A program made the position numbers and the translations under genes. A stretch of DNA of 64,000 bases from contig CAVZRV010000030.1 in assembly GCA_963777605.1 (NCBI GenBank), positions 160,001 through 224,000 on the forward strand, in the 5' to 3' direction. The notes below the pieces were generated by a model. The model saw nothing but the letters and a program-made list of their open reading frames with translations. It was not told the DNA's origin and made no database searches. The DNA is from an uncultured Acidobacteriota bacterium (lineage in GTDB: Bacteria > Acidobacteriota > UBA6911 > RPQK01 > JAPXNP01). Positions 6,971 through 16,889 of the stretch are shown here, piece after piece. Numbering within the stretch: position 1 is the first letter of the stretch; every line of letters begins with the position of its first letter.

Positions 6971-9900
6971 CTATCGCAGATGGCCCTCCTGGAGGGGCTT
7001 GCGGATCATGCCCAGGCCCTTCTGACCGTCGAGGGCAACCAACAGCGGCTCTTTGAAATGCAGGTGTCTGAGGTGCCGGGTTTCAGAACAGGCGGGCTGC
7101 TCGTCGAGCCACTTCCAATCGAGAAAATGCTCCGCCTCGGGCCGGGACTTGTCGGCTCCCGGAGGAAGCGTCAGGTAGCCGATCCCCTGGGCGGTGACGT
7201 TGTGAAAGAAATGCGTTCCCTGGGAGGGGTCCACGTTGTATCCCTCGGGGGATGCTTCAACAATGACGCGTGCTGCGGAGATCTGTCCCCATTGGACTGG
7301 AATCCCCAACCACTCGTCCCCGGTTCCCCATCGCCCCGGGCCGATCAGGATGTAACCGCGCCGGTCGTGCTCCAATGCCATGTTGATTCGCCCGACTTCC
7401 TGGGCAATCTCCCGGTTCTGAGCCGCAGTCCAAGCGTCCCGCTTCACGTAAACCAGATCGCGGATCTCGCGGATCAGCCCGTGCCCGAGACTCCCCCGTG
7501 ACGAACAGATCAGATCGGGTCTTTCAAAGGGGATCGTGGCAGCCTCCGCGAGCGCCCGCTGCGTCATCAGGGGGCGCACCTGGAGCAGGTAGAGGATCGG
7601 CCAGATTCGTTCCCGTCCAATGGTCCTGCGCTTTCCCCAGTCGCCCATGTCGCAGGCAAATTCGATCTCGACGCCGCAGGCGAGGCCGCGCTCTGTGATT
7701 TGAAGGATCTTGGTGATCGTCTCGGGGAGAGGAATCACCCGATGTTTAAGGATGTTGTTGAACGTGATCACCCTGGGACCGGCCAGGTTCAAGTCATCCC
7801 GGATCTGGCGGTCAGCCTGGCTGAAGACGCTCGCGGCCAGTTTCAGGGTGCCGTCTTCTTCCGCTGCCTCGAGTCCGTAATAGCGCAGAGTTTCGTAGAG
7901 TTGCAGGTCGGATGAATTGAACTCTCGCTGCATGTCGAGCGCCCAGAAACCACGCTGGGAGTTGTCCAACAGCAGTTCCGGGTCGAAGAACTGGGGCATG
8001 ACCGCGGGGTGCCGGGGACTGAAGCGGAGAGCCCTGCCGCCGTCTACAATCTGGCGTCCGAGGCCCAACGCCATGTGGGCCAGACCGTCTTTGGGTCGCT
8101 GGGGACCGATCGGATAGTAGTTGTGGGACTGGGCGACGCCGGAGAAGTGAGGGTAGAATCGTTCTCCGAAAGGCTGACCGATGACCCTCTGAATGATCAC
8201 AGCCATTTGCTCCTCCTCGATACGGCTCCCCGTCGCCCCAAGGTACGACTTGGCATTGGAGAAGAAAGTCGAGGCGTAGACCAGTTTAACTGCCTCGCAC
8301 AGGTCGCGGAGACGGCTGTCGGGATCCGGATCCCGGTTCGGAATCATCAGGGTGGAGTAGATGCCGGCAAATGGCTGGTGGAGAGAATCCTCCAGCAGAC
8401 TGGACGACCGGATTGCCAGCGGGCCTTCGATCTTGTCGACGATAAGGTTTAGCTGCTCGATGAGGCCGGAGGGAAGGCGCCCTCGGATGAACCGGGCGCT
8501 AATCTCCTGGTCGTCCTGGGCTTCGTAAGCAAAGTCACGGAGGTCGTTCTCATCGAGGAAGGTATCAAACAGATCGGTCGTCACGACGACTGTCTGGGGA
8601 ACCCGCACCGGCAGTCCTGCGAATTCTCTGGGGTCAATGTCGGCCAGGGTCTGATACAGGAAGGCGATTCCCCGCGCTTTTCCGCCCAGGTATCCCGTTC
8701 CAATCCGGCTGAATTGGTCCTCGGCGAAGTAGTCGGAAGAGAAGTCGGAGACCAGCCCTCGATGAAGTCTCTCCCGGTTTTCCTTGAGTGTGTGGATGAG
8801 ATGCTGCCGCATAGCGCCGATCGAGGGGAAGTCGGAGATCTTCTTGGGACGGAGTTCTTCGGCCAGTTCGAATTCGCTGCGGGCCATCAACCAGATCGAA
8901 ATGTGATTGTATCCCGCGTGGTAGCGGAGGAGTTCTTCCGGGATCGCCGCCAGCTTGGCCTCCAGTTCGCGGAGGTCGCGGGCGCGGTCGAATTCTTTGT
9001 TGTCGGGAGTGCGAAAGATGAAATCTCCGAAACCGAGTCTGAGGGTCAGGAAATCGCGGACTGCCGCGAGCAGGCTGGTGGAGTTCTTGTCCAGGAATTG
9101 GGCCCCGATCGCCTCCGCCCGATCTCGATTCTGGGTTTCGGCGGACTGAAGCAGAATGGGGCACTCGGGATCGTGCTGAAGGGCATATTGCGCGAAGTCG
9201 AGTCCTGCCTCGGGATCGAGCGCACCGCGACGCGGGATTCGCACGTCGGAAATGACCGCCATAACGTTCTTGGAGTACTTCTTGAAGAGCTGAACGCCCT
9301 CCTCGAAAGAACGCGCGTGGAGTACTTTGGGACGGGACTGCATGAACATCTTCCGGTAGAGGTCGCTGACCCCTTCGGAGTAGAGCGCCAGTGACTGGCG
9401 CATGAGCTCCTTGTAGAGCTCGCCCAGGAAGGCGGAGTAGTACTGGGGAGAGTCCTCGATCATGATGATCACCCGGACATTTCCGTGACGCACGTCGTGA
9501 TCGACGTTGCGGCGGTCCTCGACGCTCTTGATCACCGCCAGGAGGATCAGAACATCACCCGTCCAGAGGAAGAATCCGTCCTGGGCTTCCGGGTCGATCG
9601 ATTCCTGGAACTGGATCGCCTCGTTGCGATCGAGTGCAAAGACGATCACCGGCATGCCCGGGACCATTTCCTTGACTTTCCGGCCGAAAGCGTTAACGTC
9701 CATGTCCACCAGGCTGGTCATGGTGAGGATCAGGTCGAAGCGGCGGCTCTGCAGGAACCGGAAGGCCTCTTCCCCGTTTGAAGCATGGATGAAGCGAGGC
9801 GCCGAGGAAAGACTGACCTCCCGATATTCGACGAAGAGGCGTTCCGTTAGGTGCCCGTCTTCCTGGAGGATGAACGCGTCATAGGGGGACGAAACCAGCA

Positions 9901-9973
9901 GGACTTCCCGCACCCGGTAAGGGAGCAGGTCATGGAAACGCCGGACGCTCGAAGTTTGCAGGTACCTGGTCAT
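6971..9973 (-). CDS. Receiver-domain/PPDK-N (PEP synthase-like ATP-grasp) fusion protein
   Basis: Two REC-like domains (DLILTM; MIEDS...VISDVR), then LGGKARG, AIRSSSLLEDS, FAGIYST, EIEFA, LLQVRP; C-terminal GPGRWG...SQGTHFF; no pyruvate-binding barrel. Confidence 0.85.
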   Translation of the reverse strand: MTRYLQTSSVRRFHDLLPYRVREVLLVSSPYDAFILQEDGHLTERLFVEYREVSLSSAPRFIHASNGEEAFRFLQSRRFDLILTMTSLVDMDVNAFGRKVKEMVPGMPVIVFALDRNEAIQFQESIDPEAQDGFFLWTGDVLILLAVIKSVEDRRNVDHDVRHGNVRVIIMIEDSPQYYSAFLGELYKELMRQSLALYSEGVSDLYRKMFMQSRPKVLHARSFEEGVQLFKKYSKNVMAVISDVRIPRRGALDPEAGLDFAQYALQHDPECPILLQSAETQNRDRAEAIGAQFLDKNSTSLLAAVRDFLTLRLGFGDFIFRTPDNKEFDRARDLRELEAKLAAIPEELLRYHAGYNHISIWLMARSEFELAEELRPKKISDFPSIGAMRQHLIHTLKENRERLHRGLVSDFSSDYFAEDQFSRIGTGYLGGKARGIAFLYQTLADIDPREFAGLPVRVPQTVVVTTDLFDTFLDENDLRDFAYEAQDDQEISARFIRGRLPSGLIEQLNLIVDKIEGPLAIRSSSLLEDSLHQPFAGIYSTLMIPNRDPDPDSRLRDLCEAVKLVYASTFFSNAKSYLGATGSRIEEEQMAVIIQRVIGQPFGERFYPHFSGVAQSHNYYPIGPQRPKDGLAHMALGLGRQIVDGGRALRFSPRHPAVMPQFFDPELLLDNSQRGFWALDMQREFNSSDLQLYETLRYYGLEAAEEDGTLKLAASVFSQADRQIRDDLNLAGPRVITFNNILKHRVIPLPETITKILQITERGLACGVEIEFACDMGDWGKRRTIGRERIWPILYLLQVRPLMTQRALAEAATIPFERPDLICSSRGSLGHGLIREIRDLVYVKRDAWTAAQNREIAQEVGRINMALEHDRRGYILIGPGRWGTGDEWLGIPVQWGQISAARVIVEASPEGYNVDPSQGTHFFHNVTAQGIGYLTLPPGADKSRPEAEHFLDWKWLDEQPACSETRHLRHLHFKEPLLVALDGQKGLGMIRKPLQEGHLR

Positions 9974-9986
9974 AGCCCGTCACATC

Positions 9987-11327
9987 TCACACCAGTCCCT
10001 GGTCGAGCATCGAATCGGCAACCTTTACAAAACCGCCTACGTTGGCGCCGTCCACATAGTTGATGAAGTCGCCGTCCCGGCCGCACTTGACACAAGTGGC
10101 GTGAATCTCCTTGATGATCAAGCGAAGGCGATCGTCGACTTCCTGCTTGGTCCAGGAGAAGCGCATCGAATTCTGGGTCATCTCCAGTCCCGAGACTGCC
10201 ACGCCCCCGGCGTTGGCCGCCTTTCCGGGTCCAAACAGGATCCCGGCATTGAGCAGCCTCTCGATGGCGGGCGGATCGCAGGGCATGTTGGCACCCTCTG
10301 CCACGCAGGTACAGCCGTTGTCGAGCAGCATCTGGGCGTCTTCTTCGTTGAGTTCGTTCTCGGTGGCACACGGAAGGGCGACATCACAGCGGACCGACCA
10401 TGGCCCCTGGCCCTCCAGGAATCGAGCGCTGGGGTAGATTTGCGGGTATTCACGTACCCGACCCCGTCGATGGTTCTTGAGGTCCATAACGTACTCGAGT
10501 TTCTCCGAGTCGATGCCTGTTTCATCGACAATAGTTCCACCCGAGTCCGAGAGCGTGACTACGACAGCGCCGAGTTCGAGCGCTTTGATGGCGGCAAACT
10601 GGGCCACATTTCCTGAACCAGAGATGGCAACGCGCTTCCCCTGGAGCGATTCTCCTCGGGTTCCCAGCATCTCCGAGGCGAAGTAGACCAGTCCATAACC
10701 GGTTGCCTCAGGTCTCATCAGGGAGCCGCCCCAATTTGCACCTTTCCCGGTCAGGACCCCCGTAAACCGGTTGGAGAGTTTCTTGTGCATTCCGAAAAGG
10801 AATCCGATTTCGCGGCCGCCGACGCCGACGTCGGCTCCCGGAACGCTGGTCTCCGGTCCCACGTGGCGATAGAGTTCCTGCATGTAGGCCTGGCAAAACC
10901 GCATAACTTCCGCATCGCTCTTGCCTTTTGGATCGAAGTCGGATCCCCCCTGTCCACCGCCCATCGGAAGGCTGGTCAGGCTGTTCTTGAACACCTGTTC
11001 AAAAGCAAGGAACTTCAGGATGCTCAGGTTTACGCTGGGGTGGAACCGCAAGCCACCCTTGTAAGGTCCCAGGGCGCTGTTCATGTCGACCTGAAAGCCA
11101 CGATTGACCCGGACTTCACCTTCATCATCCATCCAGGGCACTCGAAACATGAGCATCCGCTCCGGCTCGATGATCCGTTCCAGGATTTTTCCCGAGCGAT
11201 AGCGCGGGTTGGTTTCAATGACGGGGTAAACCGACTCGATCACCTCCTGGACTGCCTGATGGAATTCCTTCTCTCCCGGATTCTTCGTTCTCACCAAGGT
11301 CATGAATTCGCGTACGGGGCCGTTCAT
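9987..11327 (-). CDS. gdhA: NADP-specific glutamate dehydrogenase homologue (catalytic Lys replaced by Gln)
   Basis: GPYKGGLRFH, FKNSLT, RPEATGYG, GSGNVA, EGANMP, GKAANAGGVAVS; but GGGQGG instead of GGGKGG; SD gaggagga. Confidence 0.92.
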   Translation of the reverse strand: MNGPVREFMTLVRTKNPGEKEFHQAVQEVIESVYPVIETNPRYRSGKILERIIEPERMLMFRVPWMDDEGEVRVNRGFQVDMNSALGPYKGGLRFHPSVNLSILKFLAFEQVFKNSLTSLPMGGGQGGSDFDPKGKSDAEVMRFCQAYMQELYRHVGPETSVPGADVGVGGREIGFLFGMHKKLSNRFTGVLTGKGANWGGSLMRPEATGYGLVYFASEMLGTRGESLQGKRVAISGSGNVAQFAAIKALELGAVVVTLSDSGGTIVDETGIDSEKLEYVMDLKNHRRGRVREYPQIYPSARFLEGQGPWSVRCDVALPCATENELNEEDAQMLLDNGCTCVAEGANMPCDPPAIERLLNAGILFGPGKAANAGGVAVSGLEMTQNSMRFSWTKQEVDDRLRLIIKEIHATCVKCGRDGDFINYVDGANVGGFVKVADSMLDQGLV

Positions 11328-11365
11328 CTAATCCTCCTCATTTCCAACAGAATGCCACATCCGGC

Positions 11366-11638
11366 TCAGGCGTCACGTCGGTGCCGCGTCAAGAGATCCA
11401 GGAGAAACTCCTCAAAGAGTTCAGGCTGTCGAGAAAAGTCTGCGACCTTCCCGGAGTCCAGGTCAAATTCAATTGGGGATACCCGGCGATGCCCGATCGA
11501 CAGCCGGAAACCATCGTCGCTGCTTTGGACTTCCACTTTTGCGTCCGAGCCCAGGTGAAAGAAGACAAATGCATCGAGTTCCGAAGCGAGTTCTCCGGGG
11601 AGTCGGCCGTAGCACGGATTCAATCCTTCTGGAATCAC
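11366..11638 (-). CDS. Small hypothetical protein upstream of gdhA
   Basis: 90-aa ORF ending 38 bp before gdhA on the same strand; protein-like composition. Confidence 0.5.
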   Translation of the reverse strand: MIPEGLNPCYGRLPGELASELDAFVFFHLGSDAKVEVQSSDDGFRLSIGHRRVSPIEFDLDSGKVADFSRQPELFEEFLLDLLTRHRRDA

Positions 11639-11790
11639 TTTGAACCTTTCGGAATGAATTGCATCTGAACTGGAGACCCCAGAGGTCTTTACTCGAGTCC
11701 TGCTGGCCTCTCCTCCTCCCCCTGTGGCAGCAGGGCTCGAGTTGAAAGTCAGGTTATAGGTGAGAGACCGGGAGGAAGCCTTATACCGGA

Positions 11791-12126
11791 CTAGTCGAAC
11801 AGCTTCAATTGCATGGCCTCAGCGATGATATCGGTTTGATCGACTACGGATGCCGCGGAGACTCCCATGGCGATGCTGATAGTCTCGCTGATCTCTTCTT
11901 TGGTTGCTCCGTACTGGAGTGCTTTCTCAATGTGACCCTGCAGACAGCCCTGACACTTGAATCCCAGTGAAGCCGCAATGGCAATCAATTCCTTCTCCTT
12001 CCTCGGGATCTGGGAAGTCTTATAGGTCTCCTTGTAGAAATGGAAGTAGATCCGTTTCATTCGGCCCTCGACCATTGTGTAAGAAGGCCACTTGGCCGGC
12101 TTCTCTGCTGATGTCTTTTCTGGCAT
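11791..12126 (-). CDS. Carboxymuconolactone decarboxylase/AhpD family protein
   Basis: KEKELIAIAAS..KCQGCLQGH...ALQYGATKEEI.E with CxxC. Confidence 0.85.
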   Translation of the reverse strand: MPEKTSAEKPAKWPSYTMVEGRMKRIYFHFYKETYKTSQIPRKEKELIAIAASLGFKCQGCLQGHIEKALQYGATKEEISETISIAMGVSAASVVDQTDIIAEAMQLKLFD

Positions 12127-12252
12127 CGGCGATAACTCCTGGGATTGCTGAGGAAAGCCCACATTATAGCAACAATCTTCTGAAAGGCCGGAATGCCCCC
12201 GTGAAGCAACTCGAGCTTCATGGGGAGTGGATCCCCTGCTATCTTTATCGTC

Positions 12253-14481
12253 ATGTTTGAAAGGGGGCGGACAATTTCGAGACAGGCGGCCAGGATCATC
12301 AGTCTGCGGCCGGCCCTGGTTTGCCTCTTTCTTCTCGTCCTGAGCTTCAACTCACGGGCCCAGGAACGACCTCGGGTCGAGGTCCCCTATGGCAATTTGA
12401 ATTTCGTTCTGGAAGCGGATCGGATCGAGCGCCTCGAGAACGGTGAGATTCTCGCCGAGGGCGACGTGCATGCGACCTACTCCGATGCAACCCTGAACGC
12501 GGAACGGGTGACCTACGACCCGACCAGGGACCTCGTGGTCATCGAGGGAGAGTTCGAGATCAAGCGGGCCCAGGGCTGGCTGCAGGGCTCCCGGGCCGAG
12601 TTGAACGTGAAGGAGGATACCGGGGTAATCTATGACCCCTACGGCTTCACCGATGAAGAGGTTTTCGTAAGGGCGAAGAAACTGACCAAAGTGGGGCCGA
12701 CCACCTACATTGCCGAAGAGGGTTACCTGACCGCCTGTGAGGAGGCGGTTCCCAAGTGGAGCTTCAAGATCAAGAAAGCGGTCATCAATACCGACAGCAC
12801 CGCCCGCCTACGGAGTGCGTGGTTCCGGATCAAAAAGGCCCCGGTCTTCTACTTTCCCTACCTGATTCTGCCGACCGCGAAAAAGGAGCGCTCGAGTGGT
12901 TTCATGCTCCCATCGACCGGGACCTCCAACAACAAGGGCCGCCGGCTGACCAACCGGTTCTACCTGGTCATGGGGCGCAGCGCGGATCTTATGCTGGTGC
13001 ACGATTACTATTCCGAACGCGGCCAGGGGGCCGGCTTCAACCTGCGTACCCGTCCCGACGAAGTTTCCCGACTCGACTTGTCGGGGCGTTTTGTCAACGA
13101 CCGCCTTGGGCAGGGCGGAAGTGCACTTGAAGGGACCGGGTACACAACGCTTGGGAGCGGTTTTCGGGCAGTGGCCGATTTCACCCTGGTCTCCAGCTTC
13201 CAGTTTCGCCAGGTCTTTTCCGACAACTTCTTCACGGCAACGCGTCCGAGCGAGGAATCGCGACTTTTTCTGACCAACAACTCCAGTTTGAGATCATTGA
13301 ATCTGCTGGTTTCGCGGGAACAGACGATTTCACCGGGTCGAAACATCGTCACGCAGGCAACCCCCGAGGTTGAGCTCCAGCTCCTGGGCCAGAAGCTCGG
13401 CAACCTGCCACTTCACATCGATCTCGAGAGTTCAGTCGGGGGGATGAGTCGTACCGATTCGCTGATTGAGACTCCCCGAATCAGTCAGCGGTTGGACCTT
13501 TTCCCACGAGTCTATTTCTCGATGCCCCTGTTTCAGGGGCTCCGGTTGACACCGCGGCTGGGCGTCAGGGAGACGTTTTACAGCGACTCAATCAACGCTA
13601 ACGAAGACGGGGAGCGGGTTGTGACCGGGGCCAGCGTTCACCGGCAGTACGTGGATTTTACGGCTGATCTGAAAGGTTGGGGCGTTTCCAGAGTCTTTGG
13701 GGATCCCGGCGGAAACCAGTGGAAACACCTGGTGGAACCGGAGGTTCGCTATCGGCTCCTCTCGGGAGTCAACGAATTCGACCGGATCATCCGCTTCGAT
13801 GCGGTGGATGCCATCGCCGACACCAACGAGGTCGAGTACTCGATCGTCAACCGCTTCTTCGTGAAGCGGTCCAGCAATAGCCAGATCCATGAGTGGCTGT
13901 CAGTCAAGATCGCCCAGAAGCACTTTTTCGATCCCACGTTCGGTGGTGCTCTTCAGGAAGGGCGGATCAACCAGTTCTTTCCACTCAACTCACTTTCGGG
14001 ACACCCGTATGCGGTCGGTTTTCGCGACTTTTCTCCCATTACAACGCTCGTTCGATTGACGCCGGATTCCCGGGTAAACTTCGATTTCCGGTCGGACTAC
14101 GATACCCAGAGCGGGGACTTTCGCAGTCTCTCGGCCACTGGCTATTATCGTCGCGACGACCTGACCCTGGCCACCACCTACTTCGTCACCAACGAACTCC
14201 TGACCGGGATTGGCCGAAGCAACCAGCTCCAGGGAAGGGTGGGGGTCGGTCGGCACGACCGGGGCATCTCTGCTTTCGGATACTTCAGTTACGACATCAA
14301 GGACTCGACATTTCTCAACCACCTGGTGCGGCTCAACTATTTCTGGGACTGTTGCGGGGTATCCGTCGAAACCAGCGGATTCAATCTTTCTTCGCGCAAG
14401 GAGCAGGATATTCGGTTCACTTTCTATCTCAAAGGCATCGGAGCTTTCGGCACTATACGGCGGCCCGATATGGTGTTCTGA
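12253..14481 (+). CDS. lptD: LPS-assembly protein LptD (start uncertain, 12220-12253)
   Basis: LEADRI/AEGDV jellyroll N-terminus, TAC...P.W, PVFYFPY, RSSGF.LP, beta-barrel with terminal YFWDCC. Confidence 0.88.
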   Translation: MFERGRTISRQAARIISLRPALVCLFLLVLSFNSRAQERPRVEVPYGNLNFVLEADRIERLENGEILAEGDVHATYSDATLNAERVTYDPTRDLVVIEGEFEIKRAQGWLQGSRAELNVKEDTGVIYDPYGFTDEEVFVRAKKLTKVGPTTYIAEEGYLTACEEAVPKWSFKIKKAVINTDSTARLRSAWFRIKKAPVFYFPYLILPTAKKERSSGFMLPSTGTSNNKGRRLTNRFYLVMGRSADLMLVHDYYSERGQGAGFNLRTRPDEVSRLDLSGRFVNDRLGQGGSALEGTGYTTLGSGFRAVADFTLVSSFQFRQVFSDNFFTATRPSEESRLFLTNNSSLRSLNLLVSREQTISPGRNIVTQATPEVELQLLGQKLGNLPLHIDLESSVGGMSRTDSLIETPRISQRLDLFPRVYFSMPLFQGLRLTPRLGVRETFYSDSINANEDGERVVTGASVHRQYVDFTADLKGWGVSRVFGDPGGNQWKHLVEPEVRYRLLSGVNEFDRIIRFDAVDAIADTNEVEYSIVNRFFVKRSSNSQIHEWLSVKIAQKHFFDPTFGGALQEGRINQFFPLNSLSGHPYAVGFRDFSPITTLVRLTPDSRVNFDFRSDYDTQSGDFRSLSATGYYRRDDLTLATTYFVTNELLTGIGRSNQLQGRVGVGRHDRGISAFGYFSYDIKDSTFLNHLVRLNYFWDCCGVSVETSGFNLSSRKEQDIRFTFYLKGIGAFGTIRRPDMVF

Positions 14482-14482
14482 C

Positions 14483-15034
14483 ATGACTGGTTCGGAAAAG
14501 AAAATCGAAGCACGAGACATTTCGGATGCCATCTTCCTATCGATGGGGTCCAACCTGGGAAACCGGATGACCCACCTGGAGCGTGCGCTGAATGAATTGA
14601 GCCGTCGAGGGTTGGCGATCTCCGCGTGTTCTTCTGTTTACGAAACGGAGCCGGTAGGATTTCGAGACCAGCCCGATTTTCTCAACCTTGCCTGCCAGGG
14701 CCAGACCGACCTCAGTCCGTTCGAATTGCTCGATCTGTGCAAGGGAGTCGAATCAAGCATGGGGCGCAGGCCCGCCCAAGTCGATGGCCCACGGCTGATC
14801 GACATCGACGTCCTTTTCTACGGCCGGACTGTCCTGGAAACCAGCACTCTGGTCATCCCGCACAATTCGTATGTCATGAGAAGGTTCGTTCTCGTCCCCC
14901 TTGCCGAATTGGCGCCCGGGTTAACCGACCCGCGGGATGGCCGGACCATTCTCGAATTGCTGGCCGCTTGTCCCGACCGTTCCTGGGTCCGAAAGTTCGG
15001 TCGAGTTGAGGTGAACACCGGATCGAGCCTATAA
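14483..15034 (+). CDS. folK: 2-amino-4-hydroxy-6-hydroxymethyldihydropteridine diphosphokinase
   Basis: LSMGSNLG, SSVYETEP, FLN, GPRLIDIDVL, PH, R.FVL.PL. Confidence 0.95.
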   Translation: MTGSEKKIEARDISDAIFLSMGSNLGNRMTHLERALNELSRRGLAISACSSVYETEPVGFRDQPDFLNLACQGQTDLSPFELLDLCKGVESSMGRRPAQVDGPRLIDIDVLFYGRTVLETSTLVIPHNSYVMRRFVLVPLAELAPGLTDPRDGRTILELLAACPDRSWVRKFGRVEVNTGSSL

Positions 15035-15047
15035 TCGGGGCGGTCAT

Positions 15048-15785
15048 ATGCCCAAGGATCAGAAAGATAAGGACGAAGCGCAGCCCCAGCAACAGTACAG
15101 CACTCTGCGTGAGTACTTCGTTGCGACTGTTTATTGCACGATCATAGCGCTGTTCGTGACGACCTACGTCGTGCATCCGATGACGGTTCCCACGCCGTCC
15201 ATGGAACCCACGATCCTGGTCGGTGACCGGCTGCTCATCGACAAGTTCACCTACCGCAACGGGTTCATGGAGGATCTGGGGATTTCCCCGGTTCACAAGG
15301 TCGATCGGGGCGACATCGTGGTGTTCAAGTTCCCGGAAGACCCTGAGGTCCTTTACGTGAAGCGCGCCATCGGGTTGCCGGGAGAAGTCCTCGAGATCCG
15401 CGACAAGACGGTCTACATCAATGGGGTTGCCCTGGATGAACCGTACAAGGTCCACCGTGATCCACGCGTCAACGGGCGCAGCGGAAATCCTCATGTTCTC
15501 GCCTTCGACATCCAGCGGGACAACTTTGGGCCGGTGAACATCCCGGAAGGGAACTACTTCATGATGGGTGACAACCGGGACGACAGTGCCGACAGCCGTT
15601 ACTTCGGCTTCCTACCGCGCGACTACATCGTGGGCCGCCCGTTAGTGGTGTTCTGGTCCTATGAAGACGATTCTGACGCTTACCTGAGAACGTCGTTGCC
15701 AGAGATGCTGAAGCTGTACGGAGAGCGGATCCTATTCTTCATCACCAAGACCCGGTGGAGCAGGATGGGGCATTTCGTAAAGTAG
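15048..15785 (+). CDS. lepB: Signal peptidase I
   Basis: SMEPT..GD, RGDIVVF, YVKR.IGLPG, MMGDNRDDS.DSR. Confidence 0.95.
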   Translation: MPKDQKDKDEAQPQQQYSTLREYFVATVYCTIIALFVTTYVVHPMTVPTPSMEPTILVGDRLLIDKFTYRNGFMEDLGISPVHKVDRGDIVVFKFPEDPEVLYVKRAIGLPGEVLEIRDKTVYINGVALDEPYKVHRDPRVNGRSGNPHVLAFDIQRDNFGPVNIPEGNYFMMGDNRDDSADSRYFGFLPRDYIVGRPLVVFWSYEDDSDAYLRTSLPEMLKLYGERILFFITKTRWSRMGHFVK

Positions 15786-15907
15786 CCCCCTTCGGCGAAT
15801 CGGCGCCATCGGGGTCCCTCGGTGTTCCACCTTGTATATTCTTTCCCGCTCGCCGGTGGTTGCGGTGCGGCGAGCCGATTCACAACCAAAGGAAATCTGA
15901 GGCTGCA

Positions 15908-16765
15908 ATGGAGATGGAGGTCGTCCGAATGACTCCGGACCATGTGCCGGGGGCGATGACTCTGAAGGAACTTGCCGGGTGGAATCAGTTGCCTCAGGAC
16001 TGGTCAGGGTACATGGCGCTTGCTCCGACGGGTTGTTTTGCGGGAGTTCTGGATGGCCGGGTGGTGGCAACCGGCACGGCCATCGACTACGGTCGAGAGG
16101 TTGGCTGGATTGGAATGATTTTGGTCCATCCCGAGTTTCGCCGGCGCGGAATGGCGACCCGGATGATGAATCGACTTCTTGACCATCTTTCGGCTCTGGG
16201 TTGCAGGACGCTGAAACTGGATGCCACGGATGCCGGTGCCCAGGTGTACGAGAAACTTGGATTCGTGGTCGAGTACGGAGTGGAGCGGTGGAGCCGTGTC
16301 CCGGGGAAATTGTCGGTCGCTCGCAGTTCTGAGTCGCGTCCGAATCCGGTCGACTCTGCTTCCATGGCGGAACTCGGTCGATGGGACGGGCGCTACTTCG
16401 GAGTCGATCGCAGCGAACTCCTCGAATGGCTTCGCGTTCACGGCGGACCTTCCTGGTTTCTTGGAGATCCTGGGAAACCGGAGGGACTGCTTTTCGGGCG
16501 TCCCGGGTCTTTTGCTCACCAGTTGGGCCCGCTGACTGCCGCCAATTCCGCCGCTGCAGAAGTGCTACTGGCGCTGGCGGTTGAACAGTACCAGCAGAGA
16601 ACCTTGATTGCCGACCTGATTAGCGGCAACAATGAAGCGCGGCGTCTACTCCGGAAGTACGGATTCCTGCCCTCCAGGGTGCTCAAGCGGATGTATCGTG
16701 GACAGAATGACGACCCGGGACGTCCAGACCACCTCTACTGCCTTGCCGGCTTTGAGTTTGGCTGA
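15908..16765 (+). CDS. GNAT family N-acetyltransferase
   Basis: GWIGMILVHPEFRRRGMA, LDAT..GA.VYEKLGF; C-terminal QLGPL domain. Confidence 0.85.
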   Translation: MEMEVVRMTPDHVPGAMTLKELAGWNQLPQDWSGYMALAPTGCFAGVLDGRVVATGTAIDYGREVGWIGMILVHPEFRRRGMATRMMNRLLDHLSALGCRTLKLDATDAGAQVYEKLGFVVEYGVERWSRVPGKLSVARSSESRPNPVDSASMAELGRWDGRYFGVDRSELLEWLRVHGGPSWFLGDPGKPEGLLFGRPGSFAHQLGPLTAANSAAAEVLLALAVEQYQQRTLIADLISGNNEARRLLRKYGFLPSRVLKRMYRGQNDDPGRPDHLYCLAGFEFG

Positions 16766-16889
16766 GTCGCCGCCTGTTGTGCGGGCATCCCGGAGGGTTC
16801 GCACGGGCAGGGAATGGCGACGGCAGGGCATCGTGCGGAAAGGGCAGTCGAAGTGATCGGATCAAGTCCGGGAGAGGAGCGGTTCGTGT

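Noticed and set aside
6814-11327. Functional link between tRNA-Glu and the adjacent glutamate-related genes
   Set aside because: The tRNA appears to have its own promoter; the adjacency may be coincidental and there is no other support.
11381-11668. 95-aa + strand ORF
   Set aside because: Overlaps the minus-strand 90-aa ORF that fits the operon direction; not fully excluded.
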